From NCBI RefSeq assembly GCF_052425735.1, contig NC_135759.1:5456001-5520000 (forward strand): a stretch of 64,000 bases of DNA. Direction: 5' to 3'. This document shows, piece after piece, positions 63,858-64,000 of the stretch; position 1 is the first letter of the stretch, and each line of letters begins with the position of its first letter. Source of the DNA: Oculina patagonica (lineage: Eukaryota). The position numbers were made by a program, and so were the translations under genes. The notes beneath the pieces are model-generated. The model was not told the origin of the DNA. It did not search any database and worked only from the letters and a program-made list of their open reading frames with translations.

Positions 63858-64000
63858 CTATAAGTATTCTGTCATACAAATGTATCCAGTTGCCTTCACA
63901 ATTAGTGAAGAAACACTTATCTGACACATTGTCATGTGATACAAGTGTTCCTTTCCCAAGTATCCTTGTAGTTCAAATTTTCTTTTCAATGCATCTGTAT
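63858..64000 (+). repeat. Paralog/allele of 21730-21905 (3' flank of TMTC1-like gene)
   Basis: ctgtcatacaaatgtatcca...tacaagtgttcc.ttcccaagtatccttgtagt is shared by both places. Confidence 0.85.

Overview
AT-rich, intron-containing animal DNA. The repeat repertoire suggests a cnidarian, probably a stony coral (inference). There are two contigs joined by a 500-N gap (37975-38474). Left contig: an intact two-exon NK1/slouch homeobox gene (+, 6064-7426) in a ~14.7 kb zone with no recognisable transposons, then a transposon-dense region holding the last eight coding exons of a TMTC1-like TPR gene (-). The most upstream of these exons is split by a 6.8 kb TTAA-targeting, long-TIR element. Right contig: a 4.8 kb foldback element, a six-coding-exon gene (-, 45344-50706) encoding a TIR_2-type domain plus a Trp/Gly-rich predicted beta-barrel, a triplicated ~1.3 kb unit that may carry its promoter and first exon, and several LINEs and MITEs. 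The right contig repeats the left contig's landmarks in the same order (14.75k=43.26k, 17.05k=44.71k, 18.2-18.6k=61.9k, 21.73k=63.86k). The window therefore probably holds two divergent haplotypes (or a tandem duplicate) of the NK1-TMTC1 interval, only one of which keeps the TIR gene. All calls are by eye; no searches were run.
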